Source: Chloroflexota bacterium
Lineage (GTDB): Bacteria > Chloroflexota > UBA11872 > VXOZ01
Direction: 5' to 3'
Assembly (NCBI GenBank): GCA_012270555.1
Contig: JAAXIC010000006.1
Coordinates: 65,374-129,373 of the forward strand
DNA: 64,000 nucleotides
Position numbers and translations under genes: made by a program. The notes beneath the pieces are model-generated. The model made no database searches. It had not been told where the DNA came from and saw only the letters and a program-made list of their open reading frames with translations. Below, in pieces: positions 1 through 9,051 of this stretch. Numbering within the stretch: the stretch's first letter is position 1; each line of letters starts with the position of its first letter.

Positions 1-937
1 CGCGCCGTGCAGGATGCCGTCGGCCCGCTCGCGAATCTCCTTGAAGCTGGAGAGAATTCGCGCCTCAGTAGCCGCAGTGATGGTGGGAATGGGAATGCCG
101 TGGTCAAGCGCGCTCTGGGACGTCCACTTGCCCGTGCCCTTCTGCGCCGCGCTATCCTGGATGATCTCGACGACGAACTTATCGGTATCGGGGTCTTTGC
201 GGGTGAGGATGTCAGCGGTGATCTCCACGAGGAACGACTGCAATTCGCCTGCGTTCCACCCGGCGACGACTTCTTGTATTTCAGGCACGGTCATGCCCAG
301 GCCGCGCTGCATCACGTCAAAGGCCTCGGCCAGCACCTGCATGATGCCGTACTCAATGCCGTTATGGACCATCTTGACATAGTGTCCGGCGGATCCCGGG
401 CCCAAGTAGGCGCAGCACGGGCCGTCGTCCACCTGCGCCGCGATCTTGGTGAAGATCGGTTCCACGGCGGCGTAGGCTGCCTCGGTGCCGCCGGGCATGA
501 TGGAAGGTCCGTGCAGCGCGCCGTACTCGCCGCCGCTCACGCCGGTGCCGATGTAGCCGCGCCCCTCCGCTTCAACGGCGGCGGCTCTCCGCTCGGTATC
601 GTCGTAGAACGAATTGCCGCCATCGATGATCAGGTCGCCGGGTTCAAGCAGCGGCAGCAGTGCGTCGATCACCGCGTCCGTACCCGCGCCCGCCTGCACC
701 ATGAGCATCGCCTTGCGCGGCCGCTTGAGCGCGGCGACGAAATCCTCCAGCGTCAGGGCGCCGACTACGTTCTTCCCTTGCCCGCGTTCCCTGACGAAAG
801 CCTCCGTACGCGAGGTAGTGCGGTTGAAGACCGCCACCGTAAAACCCTTGCTCTCGATGTTCAGAGCAAGGTTCTGCCCCATCACCGCCATGCCGATGAC
901 ACCAATGTCGCAGGTGCCTGTGTTCTGCTCTGCCATG
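1..937 (-). CDS. gnd: 6-phosphogluconate dehydrogenase (decarboxylating); start codon inside window, C-terminal part cut by window edge
   Basis: Reverse-complement translation from the ATG at 935-937 reads MAEQNTGTCDIGVIGMAVMGQNLALN... (Rossmann GxGxxG N-terminus typical of 6PGDH) and continues through ...GGNSFYDD... and ...QKGTGKWT... motifs. The ORF runs off the window, so it is absent from the ORF track; + strand ORF 7..1020 is its antisense shadow. Confidence 0.8.
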
Positions 938-1337
938 TAGTTGCTTTCTCCCTCAATACGTGTCCGTTAAATGGTGCTCTCTGCCCAGCATCGTCAGGAG
1001 CGGAGCACGAACTACAATAGCCGCTGCGAGCGGCCCTGGATGCCTCTGCGCTAGATTGTAGCAGGTAAGACGGGCGTCGCGCCCACCGTGCAACAGCCTC
1101 ATCTCGGGAGCGCCAATCTGAGAACACAGAGTAGCGGCAATGGTGAGTGTAGCCGTTCTGATCGTACCCAACTCTTCCGCGTCATCCGCCGTCCCGCCGG
1201 ATAGGACAGAATGCACGGCTATTCCGTATACTGTCACCAATAAGCGCGGTCGGCGAGGGAGTAAGCCGGGCACAAGTAGCGTGCGAGGCTGTAATCGTGG
1301 AGTGGCGGCAACTGTGGCTGTGGAAGGAAACAGGATC

Positions 1338-2402
1338 ATGATGCGTTCAGTGGTGTCCTACTTACTCTTCTTGGTTCTGCTGGTTTCGGTGCTCTTACTG
1401 GCTGGCTGCGCAGGCCAGCCACCCTTTGAGCAAGAGCCCAATTTGATAGATGGGGAGCCGGCGCCGCTCACGGTTGAGGTCCTGAAGAATGCCACGTACA
1501 AGTCTGAGTTTGTGAAAGCGGGTCAGGCGCAATTGCAGGACGGTGTGTACGAGGAGCAGGCGGCGCCGGACTCCGCCAGCAAGAACACCCTCATGTTGAC
1601 CGAACATATCGCCTTTGGCGACGTGAACGGCGATCCAATAGATGATGCCGCAGTCGTGCTAGCGGCCAGCGGAGGCGGCAGCGGCACGTTCTACACGCTG
1701 GCTATCGTCATAAACAGAATGGGCAATCCTTACCACTTTCATACCGCTTCACTTGGGGATCGCGTCAAGGTCGAATCGGTCGAGATTGAGGATGCCGTGA
1801 TTACCGTGCGGATGCTGGCGCATGGCGAGGGAGACGCCATGTGTTGTCCCACCCAAGCGGAAGTGCGCCGCTATAATCTGGGCTTCGGCGTGCTCAGGCT
1901 ACTTGAACGCACTACGCCGGTCGGCCGACTAACGGAAGACGCGCTGCGCAACGCCACCTATCAGCATGAGTTTCCGAAAGAAGGCGAGGCGCAGTTGCAG
2001 GACGGCACGTACGAAGAGGCAATCGAGGGTTCAGCGAGCAAGACTCATATTGCGATGATGGATCTGGTGGCTTTTGGCGATCTAAACGGCGACGGCATAT
2101 GGGACGCTGCGGTGGTGCTGGAGGCCAGCGGCGGTGGCAGCGGTACGTTTCGCTCCTTAGAGGCCGTCATCAACGAGGAAGGGGTGCCGGTGCACGTGGC
2201 TTCCGCTTTGCTGGGCGACCGCGTGAAAATTGAAGAGATCATCGTCGCTGATCAATACATCAGGGTGCAAATGGTGACCCACGGCGAGGGCGACGGGATG
2301 TGTTGTCCCACGCTACGGGTGGTGCAATTGTATCAGTTGACCGAGGACGGTTTGGAACTGCGCCACCAGGAAGAGAGAGGGCGAGTCGGCGATTCTGAAT
2401 AG
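1338..2402 (+). CDS. Secreted lipoprotein with internal tandem duplication (two ~140-aa repeats each ending GEGDxMCCPT); function unknown
   Basis: The ATG at 1338 is preceded by GGAAGGAAA. The product starts MMRSVVSYLLFLVLLVSVLLLAGCAG (signal peptide + lipobox). Two homologous halves (LTVEVLKNATYKSEF...HGEGDAMCCPT and LTEDALRNATYQHEF...HGEGDGMCCPT). The annotated 1140 start would add a non-signal leader. Confidence 0.6.
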   Translation: MMRSVVSYLLFLVLLVSVLLLAGCAGQPPFEQEPNLIDGEPAPLTVEVLKNATYKSEFVKAGQAQLQDGVYEEQAAPDSASKNTLMLTEHIAFGDVNGDPIDDAAVVLAASGGGSGTFYTLAIVINRMGNPYHFHTASLGDRVKVESVEIEDAVITVRMLAHGEGDAMCCPTQAEVRRYNLGFGVLRLLERTTPVGRLTEDALRNATYQHEFPKEGEAQLQDGTYEEAIEGSASKTHIAMMDLVAFGDLNGDGIWDAAVVLEASGGGSGTFRSLEAVINEEGVPVHVASALLGDRVKIEEIIVADQYIRVQMVTHGEGDGMCCPTLRVVQLYQLTEDGLELRHQEERGRVGDSE

Positions 2403-2518
2403 TCGTCTGCCAGCGTGAAACTTGACAGCGCGGTCCAGTGTGCACTGGATCGCGCTGTTCGCATTTGACACATAGGGTTGCCAGACCAGCCTGCCCGATC
2501 TGGCTTATTGAGGCAAAG

Positions 2519-2590
2519 ATTCCCTACGCAAGTTCGAAGACCGCGAACTCTGTCTAAGTTCGAAGACTGCGAACTCTACTTGAGTTCGAC
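2519..2590. repeat. Tandem ~23-bp direct repeats (AAGTTCGAAGACYGCGAACTCT x2 + partial), each a small hairpin, overlapping the rplL stop codon
   Basis: Units at 2529-2551 and 2556-2577, with partial unit 2581-2590 that is the rplL 3' coding end (ASVELK); AGTTCG/CGAACT inverted arms in each unit. Confidence 0.45.
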
Positions 2591-2968
2591 GCTGGCGCCA
2601 ACCTCTTCCAGCTTGCCCTTGACTTCTTCGCCCTCTTCCTTGCTGACGCCTTCCTTGATGGGATTGGGAGCCGCTTCCACGGCGGCTTTGGCCTCGCGCA
2701 GGCCCAGTCCGGTGATCTCGCGCACGGCCTTGATGACCTGGATCTTCTTGTCGCCAATCTCAGTGAGCACGACGTCGAAGGAGTCCTTCTCTTCTTCAGC
2801 CGCGGCGCCGTCGCCATCGGCCGGCGCGGCGGCTACCGCGACCGGCGCGGCCGCCGATACGCCGAACTTCTCTTCCAGCGCCTTCACGAGTTCCGACACC
2901 TCGAGCAGTGTCATGTTCTCGATTGCCGCAATGATGTCCTCAGTCGCAATCGTCTGTGCCATGTTCAT
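2576..2968 (-). CDS. rplL: 50S ribosomal protein L7/L12
   Basis: Product [35 protein letters not shown]...[15 protein letters not shown]...VELK is canonical L7/L12; the real start is probably the second Met (MAQT). Confidence 0.9.
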   Translation of the reverse strand: MNMAQTIATEDIIAAIENMTLLEVSELVKALEEKFGVSAAAPVAVAAAPADGDGAAAEEEKDSFDVVLTEIGDKKIQVIKAVREITGLGLREAKAAVEAAPNPIKEGVSKEEGEEVKGKLEEVGASVELK

Positions 2969-3064
2969 TCCTCCTCATCGCTAGAATGGCTTGTGTTCTT
3001 TAGTCTTGGCTTAGGTTTGCCAATCGGTTCGCTCGATGGATGTCAGCGAAGGCCACGCAGATAG

Positions 3065-3598
3065 CTATGCGCCCTCCGACTGTTGCAGTTGCTCGGCGCG
3101 GGCTTGCAGCACGTATGCCAGGCTGCGCGCCACGCCGCTGAGCACACCCACCAAGTTTGTTGCGGGGGCCTGCATACTGCCGAGCATCTTTGCCAGCATC
3201 TCCTCGCGTGAGGGCAGCGACGCCAGTGCGCCGACCTCTGCCGCGCTGATGCCTTTCCCATTCATAAGGCCGCCCCGCACCTCGAGCGCATCCACAGTCC
3301 TGGCGAATGTGGTGAGGGCTTTCGCGACAGTCACCATGTCGCCGTCGGCGAACGCGATGCCGGTCGGCCCGTCGAGTAGCGCAGTAAGGTCTGCTTGGTC
3401 CTCTCGCTCCGCCGCGAGGCGCAGCAGGGTATTCTTTGCCACCCTGAACTGCCCGCCGGCGGCCCGGAGTTCCCGGCGCAGCGTCTGCATCTGTCCTACG
3501 GTCAGACCCCGGTAGTCGGCTACGATCACCAGATCCGTGCCGCGCAGCGTTGCGCGCAGCTCGTCGATCATTACGGCCTTCTCTTCACGAGTCGCCAA
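3065..3598 (-). CDS. rplJ: 50S ribosomal protein L10
   Basis: Product MATREEKAVMIDELRATLRGTDLVIVADYRGLTVGQMQTLRREL... is canonical L10. TTG start at 3598 is preceded by GAGGAGGTGA. Immediately upstream of rplL. Confidence 0.9.
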   Translation of the reverse strand: MATREEKAVMIDELRATLRGTDLVIVADYRGLTVGQMQTLRRELRAAGGQFRVAKNTLLRLAAEREDQADLTALLDGPTGIAFADGDMVTVAKALTTFARTVDALEVRGGLMNGKGISAAEVGALASLPSREEMLAKMLGSMQAPATNLVGVLSGVARSLAYVLQARAEQLQQSEGA

Positions 3599-3625
3599 AA
3601 CACATCACCTCCTCTCTGCAAATAA

Positions 3626-3660
3626 AAAAACCTTGGCGTTGACCAAGGCTTTGCGCAATA
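3626..3660 (-). promoter_or_regulatory. rplJ leader hairpin + U-tract (possible L10-leader attenuator)
   Basis: On the minus strand GCCTTGGTCAACGCCAAGGC is followed by TTTTTTTATTTG, ~30 nt upstream of the rplJ RBS. Position and form fit an L10-leader-type attenuator. Not verified against a covariance model. Confidence 0.4.
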
Positions 3661-3979
3661 GACTCACTGCAAGCACGCCGTTTGGCTAAGTGTGCCGTGC
3701 AGTGCTCCGGTCTTGCGATTGTGCCTGGACAGGCTTGCCTCACGCGCTGAGGATTATGCCCCATGGGGAGCGCCTGTGGTCAACGGCTTGTTCAATTGTT
3801 TCTTCGTGCTCGCGCACGTTCATTACATAGGATAGCAGGAGCGGCGCCGCAAATGCAATTCGCGCCCTGTTGGATGCGCCGCTTGCCAGTGAGAGCACGA
3901 ACGAAGCAAGTCTTGCGCCATTGGGGCATAGCATAAGGCTTAGAGAAGGCCTTGTTCGCAGAGCCGCAGGTGGAAAGAC

Positions 3980-4026
3980 AAAAAGAAGGTGGCTATGGGC
4001 ATTTCGCCCACAGCCACCTTTTCGCC
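3980..4026. terminator. Bidirectional intrinsic terminator (stem GGTGGCTATGGGC/GCCCACAGCCACC)
   Basis: 13-bp near-perfect inverted repeat with T-runs on both strands (TTTTCGCC on +; CTTCTTTTTGTC on -). Lies just downstream of the 4084..5358 minus-strand gene and separates it from the rplJ promoter region. Confidence 0.6.
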
Positions 4027-4083
4027 GCTATCCCTCACCCCGGCAAAGCACAAGGCTTGCGAAGTAAGGTGGAAAAGCAAGCG

Positions 4084-5358
4084 CTATTCGATGTTCACAA
4101 CGATGTCAACCGCCAGCTCGTTGCGTCGCACCAGGAGTGGCGCCACGCTGCCCAGCATATCCCCGGCCTCATCGCCAGCAAAGGCTGCTGCAACCAAGGA
4201 CAGGTTTTGCAGGGTCTCTTCATCGCCCAAGAAGACGGTCATAGCATGCACGTCATCCAGGTAGATGTCGAGGCCTTGCGGGACCAGTTTGACGGTTATC
4301 ATGCTCAGTCCGGCTTCCTTCAAACCTGCCACGGTATCTGCCGGAAGCATGCCGGGCATGCTCAGGTTCAAGCCGATGGCTTCGAGCAGAGGCGCGGTGT
4401 TTTCCAGAATGATAACGTCAGGTACAAGCAGGTCGCCGTTGGCACTCAAGACTGTGCCGACAGTGAGCGGATACTGCGGGTCCGCAGCGCCGGGCACATC
4501 GGGAGGCTGCGACGTATCGCCGGAGAACTTATCGACTGCCGCAGCGCCGTCCGCCGTGGGGAAATCCACCGCGACGGTGCCAATCATCGCCAACGCGAGA
4601 GGCACGGCGAGATCGGGCAGCGCCACTTCATAGCCAAGTCCCTTCACAAGCGAAATGACTTTGTCCAGCGCAGCCTGCTCGTAGTTTACGGAAACGCGGA
4701 GCGCAAAGCCGCCATTGACGTAGACGTCGATATCGCCGCCCGGCCCCTTGATGATTTGGATGTGTTGTAGATTGGCCGCTTGTAAGGACTCGATGGCTGA
4801 AGCCGATAGGACTTCACCGACACCGAGTTGACTAATCTCACCCTCTGACAAACCGAGGGTGAACTCCTGTCCGGCAAGGAATGTGCGAACCTCTACGCCG
4901 CTGATGCCGCCGTTATCGCCGAATTGCACGGCTGCTTGCGGCAAGCCGTAGATCTCGATTGACTCTTCAGCGCGCTCCGGCGGTGCGCCCGGGCCGGAAA
5001 TCGGCTGGGCAGCCGACATTCGCGCCGGTGCAAACGGTGTAGAAAGCCCGTGGCTCACAAAGCCCGTGGAAACAATCAAAAGCGAAGCCAGCAGGCCTAC
5101 TATTCCGCCGATGATCAGGCCGACAATGCCCACGGCCTGACCGGTACCGGTACCACCACCGAGTTGGTACCCTGCCTTATAGCCAAGCCCCGCGCCGAGG
5201 TAGAGCAGTGAGAAGAGCAAACCAAAACTCACTAAGAACAGGATTGCCGCGAACTTAGTGAGTCCTCCACCCACCGCTACCAGCACAATCAGAGCGATGA
5301 TGACAAGGACCAACCACAGAATTGGTACGGGCACCCACCAATGTCTCCAGGTGGTCAT
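4084..5358 (-). CDS. Membrane-anchored hypothetical protein (paralog of 5545..6534)
   Basis: Start taken at MTTWRHWW (ATG 5356-5358, RBS GAGGGAAGG). N-terminal hydrophobic segments plus a Gly-rich linker, then a soluble domain sharing IKGPGGDIDVYVNGGFALRVSVNYEQAALDKVISLVKGLG with the downstream paralog. + strand ORF 3952..4770 judged antisense. Confidence 0.55.
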   Translation of the reverse strand: MTTWRHWWVPVPILWLVLVIIALIVLVAVGGGLTKFAAILFLVSFGLLFSLLYLGAGLGYKAGYQLGGGTGTGQAVGIVGLIIGGIVGLLASLLIVSTGFVSHGLSTPFAPARMSAAQPISGPGAPPERAEESIEIYGLPQAAVQFGDNGGISGVEVRTFLAGQEFTLGLSEGEISQLGVGEVLSASAIESLQAANLQHIQIIKGPGGDIDVYVNGGFALRVSVNYEQAALDKVISLVKGLGYEVALPDLAVPLALAMIGTVAVDFPTADGAAAVDKFSGDTSQPPDVPGAADPQYPLTVGTVLSANGDLLVPDVIILENTAPLLEAIGLNLSMPGMLPADTVAGLKEAGLSMITVKLVPQGLDIYLDDVHAMTVFLGDEETLQNLSLVAAAFAGDEAGDMLGSVAPLLVRRNELAVDIVVNIE

Positions 5359-5544
5359 AGCCTTCCCTCTCTGTGCTTGCATGCATTCATGGTTTCGAGT
5401 CTAACGTTCATGCAAAGATACTGTCTGTCTTCAAGCCTTCTCTAAGCAATGAGGGATACCCTTGGGGCGCATAGGGTATCCCTCACCACCTGCGTATGAC
5501 GGGAGCGTAGTGCTTTTCCTGATTTACACTACTGCAACCCCTTC

Positions 5545-6534
5545 TTACGGCAGGCTCACCGTCAGGTCAACGTCAATGCGGTCACGCAAGTGCAAGTATG
5601 GCAGAACAATACTAGCTTGCGGTGCGAACGCAGTGAGGATGCCCAATGCATCGGCGCCGCCCAAGCGGACGTCAGCCAGCATCTCACCGTTGCTACCCAG
5701 CGACAGACCGTCATTGTTGATCTTGACGTTCAACTCGCTGATGCCGTTGTCCGTCATGAGGGCAATGATGGCCGGAGCCAACTCGGTGCCAACCACACCA
5801 AGGTCGGCAGCAGACATACCCAGCACGGAGAGATTGCCGTCGGCATCGTAGCTGACATTGGCCTTGGCCATCAGCTCAATCTCTTGTTGCTCGGTGCCCA
5901 CGTAGCCGGAAGGCGCGCCTTCTTCACGTACCGGAATGGCCGACTCACCAATGGTGATGACCACGTCGCCACCAGAAGCGAGCACCACGGGAACCACAAC
6001 GTCCCGCAAGGGGATGGCAATGCCGGTGAAACCTTCCACCAGATTGAGCACCCGCTCGTAGTTCGCTGCATCCTCGCCAAGGTTTACACCAATGGTGTAA
6101 GCGCCGTTGACGTAGATGTCAATCAAGCCGTCAACGCCCTTTACGACCTGAAGGTGCTCGACACCAGCGCCCGTAAGCAAGCCCAAGGTCATGGCATCAA
6201 GGCCCAGCGCCGGTACAGGAATACCAAACGCGCTTAGCGCGGCTAGATCGTTCGCCGAGATACTCACCGGCGTAGCCGTGCCGCCGATGAAGACGCTAGT
6301 CGTTACCGACTGCAAAGCACCATCGTCACCAAGGGCGATGGTAATTCGAGGCGGCACGATCACAACTTCCATCTGCGCCGCAGATGCGCTGGACTGTGCC
6401 GCTGAAGCGATGCGCGCCGGCAGAGATACTGCCAACAGCGCAACGATTACCGCAATCACGAGAGCGACCTGGACAAGGGAACTGTACAGGAACGTCCTGT
6501 CTAGTGACTGGGTAGGGTATCTGGTAATACGCAT
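5545..6534 (-). CDS. Membrane-anchored hypothetical protein (paralog of 4084..5358)
   Basis: Single N-terminal TM (LVQVALVIAVIVALLAVSL), then a domain with VKGVDGLIDIYVNGAYTIGVNLGEDAANYERVLNLVEGFTG matching the upstream paralog. Same strand, tandem arrangement. Confidence 0.55.
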   Translation of the reverse strand: MRITRYPTQSLDRTFLYSSLVQVALVIAVIVALLAVSLPARIASAAQSSASAAQMEVVIVPPRITIALGDDGALQSVTTSVFIGGTATPVSISANDLAALSAFGIPVPALGLDAMTLGLLTGAGVEHLQVVKGVDGLIDIYVNGAYTIGVNLGEDAANYERVLNLVEGFTGIAIPLRDVVVPVVLASGGDVVITIGESAIPVREEGAPSGYVGTEQQEIELMAKANVSYDADGNLSVLGMSAADLGVVGTELAPAIIALMTDNGISELNVKINNDGLSLGSNGEMLADVRLGGADALGILTAFAPQASIVLPYLHLRDRIDVDLTVSLP

Positions 6535-7106
6535 TGATCCCTCCTCCTGAAGATCCGTTCGGGTTCGGTACGCCCCTTCACCGAACGCTACCTGAATGAT
6601 ACATACTGCTCACCACGTTTTCGATACCCACGGTGTGGTGCTGCTGACATTATGGGGAACGCTCCAATACCTGTCAAGGACAAAGCCTCTATTCAACCGA
6701 AAAAGTAACAAGATTCCGGGAAAATTCCGGTTATGACCTGTATATGCGGGTTGTCAATAGATGAAATGACCGTTGGTGAGGCATATTTTCCTATTGACAA
6801 GGAGATGATTTGGAAAATGCGGCTACAGAAAAGCTTGACAGATTATGACTATAGGGGTCTGAGCGGCAAGGGCATTTTTCTCATGACCCAGGAATCGTCT
6901 CGCGAGAAGAGGGATTCTTCAACTGCGGCATCATGAATCTTTGCGCGGAATCCGTAATTCTGAATTCTGCCGCAAACGTTGGCCGGCTCAACGACCTGCT
7001 CTTAAGCGAGGCGAATGCTATAGCGCCAGGCGGTCTTTACAAAGGTCACCATAGAGGAGAACTACAGCTTCAGAGAGGAGAGTTGCGGCTTGCAGGGGCG
7101 GCAATC

Positions 7107-7583
7107 TCAGAAAGCTGGGCGCGTTGCCGGCAGCTCGAGGACGTTACGCGCCTGCTCCAGAAAGGCATCGTCCGTGGTGGTGATGACGCGCGTCGAGACG
7201 TTGCCGCGGGGGTTGAACTCCATCATGAGCAACGCGCCGCGCGGCTCCAGCCCTGCCAGCAACTCGTCGAAAAGTTCGTTGGTGATGCGTTCGTGGGAAA
7301 AGTACTTGTCGCGGAAGCTATTAAAGTAAAGCTTCAACGTCCTGAGGTCCACGATGCGCGCATCGGGAATATACACCATGGTGGCGACAGCGAAGTCCGG
7401 GTAGCCGGAAACGGGGTCCTTAAAGGTAAGTTCCGGCAGGCGGATTTGCACGTAGTAGTCGCGCTTGGGCTCCGGGTTGGGGAAGTAGCGGATCTCTACG
7501 GATTGGATCTCCTCTTCCCCGTACCGTACCCGGCGCCTCTTCCTTTTGCTGCCTTGGCTCTTGTCGGATTCTTCGGTGCTCAT
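7107..7583 (-). CDS. QueF (NADPH-dependent 7-cyano-7-deazaguanine reductase) family T-fold protein, catalytic Cys replaced by Asp
   Basis: DYYVQIRLPELTFKDPVSGYPDFAVATMVYIPDARIVDLRTLKLYFNSFRD...FNPRGNVS aligns to unimodular QueF ([33 protein letters not shown]...ESKSLKLYLFSFRN...FTPRGGIS). The QueF motif and GxPDF are retained, but the thioimide-forming Cys is D (confirmed by re-translating 7390-7480). Start uncertain (7583 or 7637). Confidence 0.6.
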   Translation of the reverse strand: MSTEESDKSQGSKRKRRRVRYGEEEIQSVEIRYFPNPEPKRDYYVQIRLPELTFKDPVSGYPDFAVATMVYIPDARIVDLRTLKLYFNSFRDKYFSHERITNELFDELLAGLEPRGALLMMEFNPRGNVSTRVITTTDDAFLEQARNVLELPATRPAF

Positions 7584-7745
7584 CTCAAACGTCCTCAACG
7601 CCGGTCGCGGCGCGTGTGTATCATCGGTATGCAGCAAGCATGGACATGCCGCAATGCTGCAAATATGACCGTACTATGTCGCTCTGCGGAACGTCAACCC
7701 ACGCTGGAGACCTTTGCGTAACGATGTCCTGAGGGAAGGGTGTTA

Positions 7746-7783
7746 CGCCCTCTCCCTGGGGAGAGGGTTGGGGTGAGGGGGGA
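7746..7783. repeat. Family-B hairpin repeat (CCCTCTCCC-N3-GGGAGAGGG + GGGGTGAGGGG tail)
   Basis: GCCCTCTCCCTGGGGAGAGGGTTGGGGTGAGGGGGG; near-identical copies at 29365, 36884, 51518, and in inverted orientation at 23333, 51643, 55445. Confidence 0.7.
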
Positions 7784-8061
7784 CATCAGCACCGATCAAG
7801 TTCTATTCCTACTGGCTAATAGAATTGCGCAAGGATCCTTTTATAAGGAAACGGCATCTAAGTGGATTAATGTAGGGGACTTGCCGTCGCATCAGCGCAG
7901 AGAGGGTTGCCTGCGCCACAAGGACGTTGGAATCGATGCAGGCAAGCGAGCGCTCGCGTTGCCTGTGCGGTTGGTTGCCCAAGTAGGCATACGGCTGTGC
8001 CATAGCGGATAATAGAGTAGCTCGGCACTCAGATACTGCTAACGAGAAAGGTGAAAGACCG

Positions 8062-9045
8062 GTGGCAAAGGTATTCATTGGCGCGCGTTCTATTCTCGAC
8101 CTGCCCGGCCCGCATTGGGACTTGCTGCACAATGCCGGCCTGGAATTGGCTCCGCCGCTCGACATCTATCGGCCGCTCACGGAACAAGAAATCATCGACA
8201 ATATCGACGACGTGGTGGCGTTCGTGGCCGGCTCGGATAACTTCACCGAGCGCGTCTTTGCCGCCCATCCGCAGCTCAAGATCGTGGCCCGCGTCGGCGT
8301 GGGCTACGACCAGATCGACGTGGATGCCGCCACGAGACACGGCGTCTGGATTACCATCACGCCCGGAGCAAACAACGATACCGTGGCCGATTACGCCATG
8401 GCCATGATTCTCGCCGTGGCGCGCGAGGTCGTGGGCCACGCGGCGATTGCCCGCGAGGGCGGCTTCCACCGCATTCAGGGCGTGGACGTGTGCAACAAGA
8501 CCCTCGGCATTCTGGGGCTGGGCCGCATCGGCAAGTCGGTGGCGCGCCGAGCGAGCGGCTTCAACATGCGTGTGCTGGCGTACGACGTGATGTGGGATGA
8601 AAACGCAGCGGCGGAGCTCGGGGTGGAGTTCGCGGAGCCGGAAGCGCTCTTTGCGGAATCGGACTTCATCTCGGTCCACCTGCCGAGCACGCCGGAGACC
8701 GTCAAATTCGTCAACGCCGACTTGCTGGCGCGCATGAAGCCCAGTGCCTACATTGTTAATACCGCGCGGGGCAGTCTGGTCGACGAGGAAGCCCTGGTGG
8801 CCGCCATCGACGCGGGCCAACTGGCCGGCGCCGCCTCAGACGTCTTCTCCGTGGAACCGCCGCCCAACGACCACCCCTTCCTGACCCACCCGAAGATCCT
8901 GCCCTTCCCCCACGTGGCCGGCGTTACCCAAGAGTCCGTCCACGCCATGGTGATCATGGCCTTCGAGTGCATCGCCGCCGTCGTCAAAGGCGAACGCCCG
9001 CCGTATCCGGTAGACGAACAGGCGGAGTACGAAACCCTGCCGTAA
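8062..9045 (+). CDS. D-isomer-specific 2-hydroxyacid dehydrogenase (PGDH/glyoxylate reductase-like), NAD-binding
   Basis: GILGLGRIGKSVARR (GxGxxG) and catalytic-domain signature ...YIVNTARGSLVDEEALVAAIDAGQLAGAASDVF... typical of the family. Tandem stop codons TAA TAG at 9043-9048. Confidence 0.8.
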   Translation: MAKVFIGARSILDLPGPHWDLLHNAGLELAPPLDIYRPLTEQEIIDNIDDVVAFVAGSDNFTERVFAAHPQLKIVARVGVGYDQIDVDAATRHGVWITITPGANNDTVADYAMAMILAVAREVVGHAAIAREGGFHRIQGVDVCNKTLGILGLGRIGKSVARRASGFNMRVLAYDVMWDENAAAELGVEFAEPEALFAESDFISVHLPSTPETVKFVNADLLARMKPSAYIVNTARGSLVDEEALVAAIDAGQLAGAASDVFSVEPPPNDHPFLTHPKILPFPHVAGVTQESVHAMVIMAFECIAAVVKGERPPYPVDEQAEYETLP

Positions 9046-9051
9046 TAGCTG

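Noticed and set aside
7-1020. 337-aa + strand ORF at the window start
   Set aside because: It is the antisense shadow of gnd; the minus-strand translation gives a clean 6-phosphogluconate dehydrogenase with the canonical Rossmann N-terminus.
1140-1337. 66-codon extension upstream of the lipoprotein start
   Set aside because: No RBS at 1140 and the extension lacks signal-peptide character; the ATG at 1338 has an RBS and an immediate signal peptide + lipobox.
3952-4770. 272-aa + strand ORF overlapping the 4084..5358 gene
   Set aside because: His/Arg-rich, low-complexity product typical of antisense reading of a high-GC gene. The minus-strand product has TM segments, an RBS and a paralog.
5590-6237. 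215-aa + strand ORF
   Set aside because: Antisense to the 5545..6534 membrane-protein paralog.
6933-7721. 262-aa + strand ORF
   Set aside because: Overlaps the well-supported QueF-family gene on the opposite strand; no motif support.
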